In this document: positions 59,416-64,000 of the stretch, piece by piece
How positions within the stretch are numbered: position 1 is the first letter of the stretch
Layout: each line of letters begins with the position of its first letter
Assembly (NCBI GenBank): GCA_965242965.1
Contig: OZ251518.1
Coordinates: 4,736,001 to 4,800,000, forward strand
Length of the DNA stretch: 64,000 nucleotides
DNA from: Candidatus Poribacteria bacterium
Lineage (GTDB): Bacteria; Poribacteria; WGA-4E; WGA-3G
Reading direction: 5' to 3'
Program-made: the position numbers and the translations under genes
The notes under the pieces: model-generated
Told to the model about the DNA's origin: nothing
Database searches by the model: none
What the model saw: the letters and a program-made list of their open reading frames with translations, nothing else

Positions 59416-60111
59416 ATGGATTTGCATTACACCGACGTAGTCCCTTGGGGCCGTTCCTTCGAGGAATACCGCGATATGTTTAACCTGTCTACAGCGGAGC
59501 TCGCACTGAAAATCGCGGGTGTCGGCGACGGACCGGCTTCCTTCAACGTGCAGATGTATCAGCGCGGAACACCGATAATCTCCATCGATCCGATTTATCG
59601 GTTTTCCGTGCAGGAATTACGCGCGCGAATCAAGGCTACCTACGATGACGTTATCGCGCAGACGCGCGCGAATCAAGACAAATTCGTCTGGACTCACATC
59701 GCCTCTGTCGATGAACTGGCGAAACGCCGCATGCAGGCGATGCACCGGTTCTGCGAGGATTTTGAACGCGGAAAGCGGCAAGGAAGGTATGTCAACGCGG
59801 CACTGCCTAAACTCCCCTTTTCCGACGGACAGTTCGATCTCGCGTTATCGTCGCATTTTCTTTTCCTCTATTCGGATAACAGAGACTTGGCGTTTCATCT
59901 TGAATCTATACGAGAGCTCCTGCGGATAGCGGCGGAAGTGCGGATTTTTCCAGTGGTTGATTTCAATAGCGAACCTTCGCCGTTTTTATCGCCTGTGCTT
60001 GACGCGCTTGAAACAGATGGGATTCCCTGTGCTGTCGAGCAGGTCACGTATCACTTCCAGAAAACAGGAAATGAGATGCTCAGGTTAAAACACCGGTTCG
60101 CGGGGAAATAA
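59416..60111 (+). CDS. SAM-dependent methyltransferase
   Basis: WGRSFEEY, VGDGPASF, LPFSDGQFDLALSSHFLFLY. Confidence 0.85.
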   Translation: MDLHYTDVVPWGRSFEEYRDMFNLSTAELALKIAGVGDGPASFNVQMYQRGTPIISIDPIYRFSVQELRARIKATYDDVIAQTRANQDKFVWTHIASVDELAKRRMQAMHRFCEDFERGKRQGRYVNAALPKLPFSDGQFDLALSSHFLFLYSDNRDLAFHLESIRELLRIAAEVRIFPVVDFNSEPSPFLSPVLDALETDGIPCAVEQVTYHFQKTGNEMLRLKHRFAGK

Positions 60112-60112
60112 C

Positions 60113-61066
60113 ATGGCTCTCAATTTTGTTGAGGCACTCTCAACCGACAATCTCTCGGCGATAACGGCGATTCCCAAAGCAGACTTGCACTGCCACGCCC
60201 TCTTCGGCACGCGCCTCGAAAATGTGGAACGTTGGTTGGGGCATCCGCTGACGAAACCACCGCCGAAAATGAACGGGTTGGAAGGAATGCTAGCGTATGC
60301 TAGGGAATTTTTACACCCGCATTTTCGGTGCCGTAGGGGATTTGAATTTGTGGCAACATCAGCCGTGCGCGACGCAATCCGTGATGGCGTTGTCATTTTT
60401 GAGATGAGTTTTGACATCCGCATCGCGGAATTTTATTCCGACGGTTTGGCAGGGCTGTGCGTGTTTATTGAGAATTTAGTTGACTGCCACAGAATGCAGA
60501 TAAACCTGCGTCCGGAACTCGGCTTCCCCCGGACGAGTGCGGACAACCGAGAGCATGTTGAATTGGCGCATCACGCGATAGAACTCGGGACATTTCACTC
60601 GCTCGATTTGTATGACGACGAAGCCGCCTGCTCTCCGGAAGCAGTGAAACCGTTGTATACGAAGGCACGCGATGCTGGCATGAAACTGAAAGCGCACGTC
60701 GGAGAGTTCGGCGGCGCGGCGGAAATTAGGCGCACCGTAGAACTCTTGAAATTGGATGAGGTTCAGCACGGCATTGGTGCTGCAGCGTCCGAGGAAGTCA
60801 TGCACTGGCTCGCCGAAAATGACATCCAATTGAACGTGTGTCCGACGAGCAATGTGATGTTGGATGCAGTGTCAGAGCTCGCCGTGCATCCCATCCGAGT
60901 TTTGTATGATAATGGCGTGCGAGTGAGCGTGAACACCGATGATCTGATGATATTCGGGCAGAGCGTCTCTGATGAGTATCGGAATCTTTACCGGGCGGGT
61001 GTTTTCAGCGCGCAAGAATTGGAGGAGATTCGGCGCGCGTCACTTAGAGAATACGTATCACCATAA
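60113..61066 (+). CDS. Adenosine deaminase family protein
   Basis: PKADLHCH, AHVGE, VCPTSN, NTDD. Confidence 0.88.
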   Translation: MALNFVEALSTDNLSAITAIPKADLHCHALFGTRLENVERWLGHPLTKPPPKMNGLEGMLAYAREFLHPHFRCRRGFEFVATSAVRDAIRDGVVIFEMSFDIRIAEFYSDGLAGLCVFIENLVDCHRMQINLRPELGFPRTSADNREHVELAHHAIELGTFHSLDLYDDEAACSPEAVKPLYTKARDAGMKLKAHVGEFGGAAEIRRTVELLKLDEVQHGIGAAASEEVMHWLAENDIQLNVCPTSNVMLDAVSELAVHPIRVLYDNGVRVSVNTDDLMIFGQSVSDEYRNLYRAGVFSAQELEEIRRASLREYVSP

Positions 61067-61293
61067 AAACGATTTCCCAATGCAGCCTGCGGGGCCGGAG
61101 ATTTGTATGTATGATACCAAACAAGAAGAGCGCGTTTCCGCTCTGTAGTCCGAACTCGCCAGAGTTTGACATGTCTTTCTGGGAGATTTTAATCTGGACA
61201 AGGCATAAATTATCGCCAGAATTCTCTTGCTATTTCCTAAACAATATGATAGACTCAACCTAATAGTTCAAAATCAACAAGGAGGCACGAACA

Positions 61294-62310
61294 ATGCGTT
61301 CTCAGTGTTCCTGTTCTGGGAATTCCTCAGAAAATCCGATTGTGAGGCTATCTCCGCGCAATGAAGAGACGATTTCGTTGCCGCACGTCTTCCGGTGGGC
61401 ACCGGTAGATAACGCTCACAACTATGTTCTCGTGATTAGCGAGATTCGGGGAAAGCAAGCCGTCTGTATCAAAGAGCCGCAGGAGCCGCGGAGCGTCCTA
61501 GAAGCGGCGGATGTAGCGGTGAATCGAAACTACCTCTGGCACCTTGAAGCGATGGACGAAGATGGCCAGACAATCGCTACGACGCAGGGCCCCTGCGGCA
61601 CCGAGATACGCACCTTTGCAGTTCCCAACTCCGATAAGCAAGGTAACGCTCCGCACGGCCGGCGGGTTCTCCTTGATTTCTCTCATCGCCAGTCAGACAT
61701 CAGGGGGCTCGGCGTGTATAACTTCTCGCAGCATACCGTATACACCCTCCTACAAAATAGCGGCTTTGAAGTTGGGAAAAACGCGGACAGAAAGTTGTCA
61801 ACCGCAATGCTTGATGGCTACGATATGCTAATTCTTCACGGCAAATACGCGGGTTCGCTTATTCCCTTTATTCCGAGTGAAGTTGCGGCAGTCACCGATT
61901 ACGTATCCGGCGGTGGAAACCTGTTTGTGCTGTGTTGGGGCAGCGGCGGTGGCGTTGATATGTCCGAACTGTATAACCCTTTGCTCAAGGAATTTGACAT
62001 TGAGTTGAAACCAATGCCGGAACCGCAATTTAGGAAGGCAGAACATCTTGCAGTAGAGATTTTCCAAGGTATCACCGAAATCGCACTACAGTGCCCCGCT
62101 GAAATCCTTGGAAATGGCTACGATGTACTGGCAGGTTCCGTAACCGGTAATCCGTTGTTAATCCGAAGAAACTACGGTAACGGGACGGTTTGGGTTTCCG
62201 CCATGGGCATGGCTTTTCAGGATGCATATATGGCTGGCACCAGTGAAAGTGCTGCTAACAATCGGAACGCTTTTACTGCATTAATGACACATGTTTTTGG
62301 GAATGGATAG
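61294..62310 (+). CDS. Hypothetical protein: Ig-like N domain plus GATase-like (DUF4350-like) domain
   Basis: VLLDFSH, DYVSGGGNL, YGNGTV; GGAGG RBS; TTGCTA-17-TAGACT promoter at 61227-61255. Confidence 0.65.
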   Translation: MRSQCSCSGNSSENPIVRLSPRNEETISLPHVFRWAPVDNAHNYVLVISEIRGKQAVCIKEPQEPRSVLEAADVAVNRNYLWHLEAMDEDGQTIATTQGPCGTEIRTFAVPNSDKQGNAPHGRRVLLDFSHRQSDIRGLGVYNFSQHTVYTLLQNSGFEVGKNADRKLSTAMLDGYDMLILHGKYAGSLIPFIPSEVAAVTDYVSGGGNLFVLCWGSGGGVDMSELYNPLLKEFDIELKPMPEPQFRKAEHLAVEIFQGITEIALQCPAEILGNGYDVLAGSVTGNPLLIRRNYGNGTVWVSAMGMAFQDAYMAGTSESAANNRNAFTALMTHVFGNG

Positions 62311-62433
62311 GGCGGTGCCAGCACACCGACAGAGTTGGCAGCCTACATCCACACTGTTTTCGCTCCGTGGGAGCGGCGCAGGTAAATCGGGAGTATCTGC
62401 GAAGTTGCGGCTATTGAACGGAGGCACACAACG

Positions 62434-63723
62434 ATGCTGAAACGTATCAAAATTCAGGGGTTCAAATCCCTTGCAAATGTTGAAGTGAATCTGGACCCGC
62501 TCGCGGTGCTCATCGGCCCGAATGCATCAGGTAAAAGTAATTTCCTCGATGCCTTACAACTGCTCTCCCGGATAACCACTTGCCGGACGTTAAAAGAGGC
62601 ATTTGATTTGCCACACCGAGGGTACCCCCTAGAGTCATTCACTTTTGGACCAGAAGGCATCAAGAACCTGTTGGAACGCGAGACAGTGGCGTTCACTCTC
62701 GAAGTTGATGTTCAGTTATCCCCCCAAATCGTTGAAACCGTCAATCGACGCATTCAAGAAAGGGTGAAAAATAAATCTGTCTCAAAGCAATTCGTGCGTG
62801 AGCAGCATCTGCGGTATCGCATCGAGATTGAAATGCTCCCCAAACTCGGTATTTTGCAGGTAGCAGACGAATATCTCGCTGCACTGAATGCCAAAGGCGA
62901 GGTGAGTCGGAGACGGAAGCCGTTCTTGGAACAGATTGACGGCCAACTGCGTTTGCGGATGGAGGGACAGGCGCATCCACTCTACTATGAGCCGCATCTT
63001 GACTACAGTATTCTTTCCATGTCGCATTATCCGCCGCACTATCCACATGTCGTGGCGATGCAGGAAGAATTGGCGAACTGGTTCACCTACTACTTTGAAC
63101 CCCGAGAGCGAATGCGGATTCCGAATCCTGTCAAGGAGGTCGACCACGTTGGGGTGATGGGGGAAGACCTTGCGGCGTTTCTCAACACCTTACGGGCCCT
63201 CAACGAACCTCAGTTCAAGGCGGTTGAAAAATCGCTGCACGCCATTATCCCATCAATAACAGGGATTGATGTCAGTGTCAATAAGTTGGGCCAAGTTGAG
63301 TTGGATCTTCGTGAAGGCGAAAAATTCGTCTCCACTCGAATCGTATCGGAAGGCACGCTCCGCATTTTAGGGCTTTTAGCACTCAGCGGGGCAAAAAAGC
63401 CGCCGGTGCTCGTCGGGTTTGAAGAACCGGAAAACGGCATCCATCCGCGCCGCATTCAACGGATTGCTCGGCTTTTGGAAACCCGCAGAATTCTCCAAGA
63501 TACCCAATTCATCGTCACGACGCATTCACCGCTTTTGCCGGATCTCGTTCCTATTGACTCTGTATACCTCTGTCGCAAAGTGAACGGGACTACGGAGATT
63601 GAACCTTTTACAAAAACGCATGTGGGGGAGCTTTGGAAGGCACGGGAAATTCAGACAGCGTTGGATGCCGAAGATGATTTGGCTATTTCCGGACGTATCG
63701 TGAGGGGAGATTTTGATGCGTAA
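62434..63723 (+). CDS. AAA_21/ABC-type ATPase
   Basis: QGFKSL, GPNASGKSN, SEGTLR, EEPENGIHP, TTHSP. Confidence 0.9.
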   Translation: MLKRIKIQGFKSLANVEVNLDPLAVLIGPNASGKSNFLDALQLLSRITTCRTLKEAFDLPHRGYPLESFTFGPEGIKNLLERETVAFTLEVDVQLSPQIVETVNRRIQERVKNKSVSKQFVREQHLRYRIEIEMLPKLGILQVADEYLAALNAKGEVSRRRKPFLEQIDGQLRLRMEGQAHPLYYEPHLDYSILSMSHYPPHYPHVVAMQEELANWFTYYFEPRERMRIPNPVKEVDHVGVMGEDLAAFLNTLRALNEPQFKAVEKSLHAIIPSITGIDVSVNKLGQVELDLREGEKFVSTRIVSEGTLRILGLLALSGAKKPPVLVGFEEPENGIHPRRIQRIARLLETRRILQDTQFIVTTHSPLLPDLVPIDSVYLCRKVNGTTEIEPFTKTHVGELWKAREIQTALDAEDDLAISGRIVRGDFDA

Positions 63724-64000
63724 TATCAGCCTATTCGCCGAAGACGAAGCGCATGAAGATTTTCTCTCGGCTTTGGTTCACCGACTCGCTGATGACTACC
63801 ATGTGAAAATCAATCTCAAACCCCGTAATGTCCGCGGCGGACATGGAAAAGTTATCGCTGAGTTGAGACTGTATCAACAAGGTTTACGGGACTACAATGA
63901 ACCTTTACCTGATTTGATTGTCGTTGGAACCGATAGTAATTGCCGTGGGTTTGCGTCACGGAAAAAGGCGATTGATCAGGCAATCTCCACGGATTTTACC
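63716..64000 (+). CDS. DUF4276/TOPRIM-like partner of the AAA ATPase (3' truncated)
   Basis: MRNISLFAEDEAHEDFL...RGGHGKV...DLIVVGTDSNC; overlaps the ATPase stop and is open to the window end. Confidence 0.7.
   Translation, partial: MRNISLFAEDEAHEDFLSALVHRLADDYHVKINLKPRNVRGGHGKVIAELRLYQQGLRDYNEPLPDLIVVGTDSNCRGFASRKKAIDQAISTDFT

Overview
This is a bacterial window of roughly mid-50s % GC. Its content (LRR+dockerin and TPR proteins, a PhyH dioxygenase, several enolase-family dehydratases, a DUF5916-like protein, very dense REP repeats) suggests a Poribacteria-like sponge symbiont; that assignment is an inference. Housekeeping and metabolic genes include pckG, a BamA-like Omp85, an ECF transporter, rpsT, rsmB, thiE, thiD, tenA, murJ, hisF and a PhoR-like kinase. 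Most long intergenic gaps are filled with GTAG-type REPs, and several REPs sit in-frame inside proteins. Four things stand out. (1) At 9296-11090 (minus strand), three perfectly spaced TTGACA-17-TAnnnT promoters point into a ~600-nt densely base-paired leader, an orphan 262-aa ORF and a hairpin-packed trailer, a candidate novel RNA(+protein) system. (2) A ~10.5-kb defence-like island between thiE and thiD carries FRG-TPR proteins, a type II R-M pair and an HNH nuclease, and each of its three TPR genes is preceded by a conserved, covarying structured RNA leader. (3) A MITE-like element with 14-bp terminal inverted repeats carries variable REP cargo. (4) An AAA ATPase/TOPRIM-like pair lies at the right edge. 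All calls were made by eye; no searches were run.
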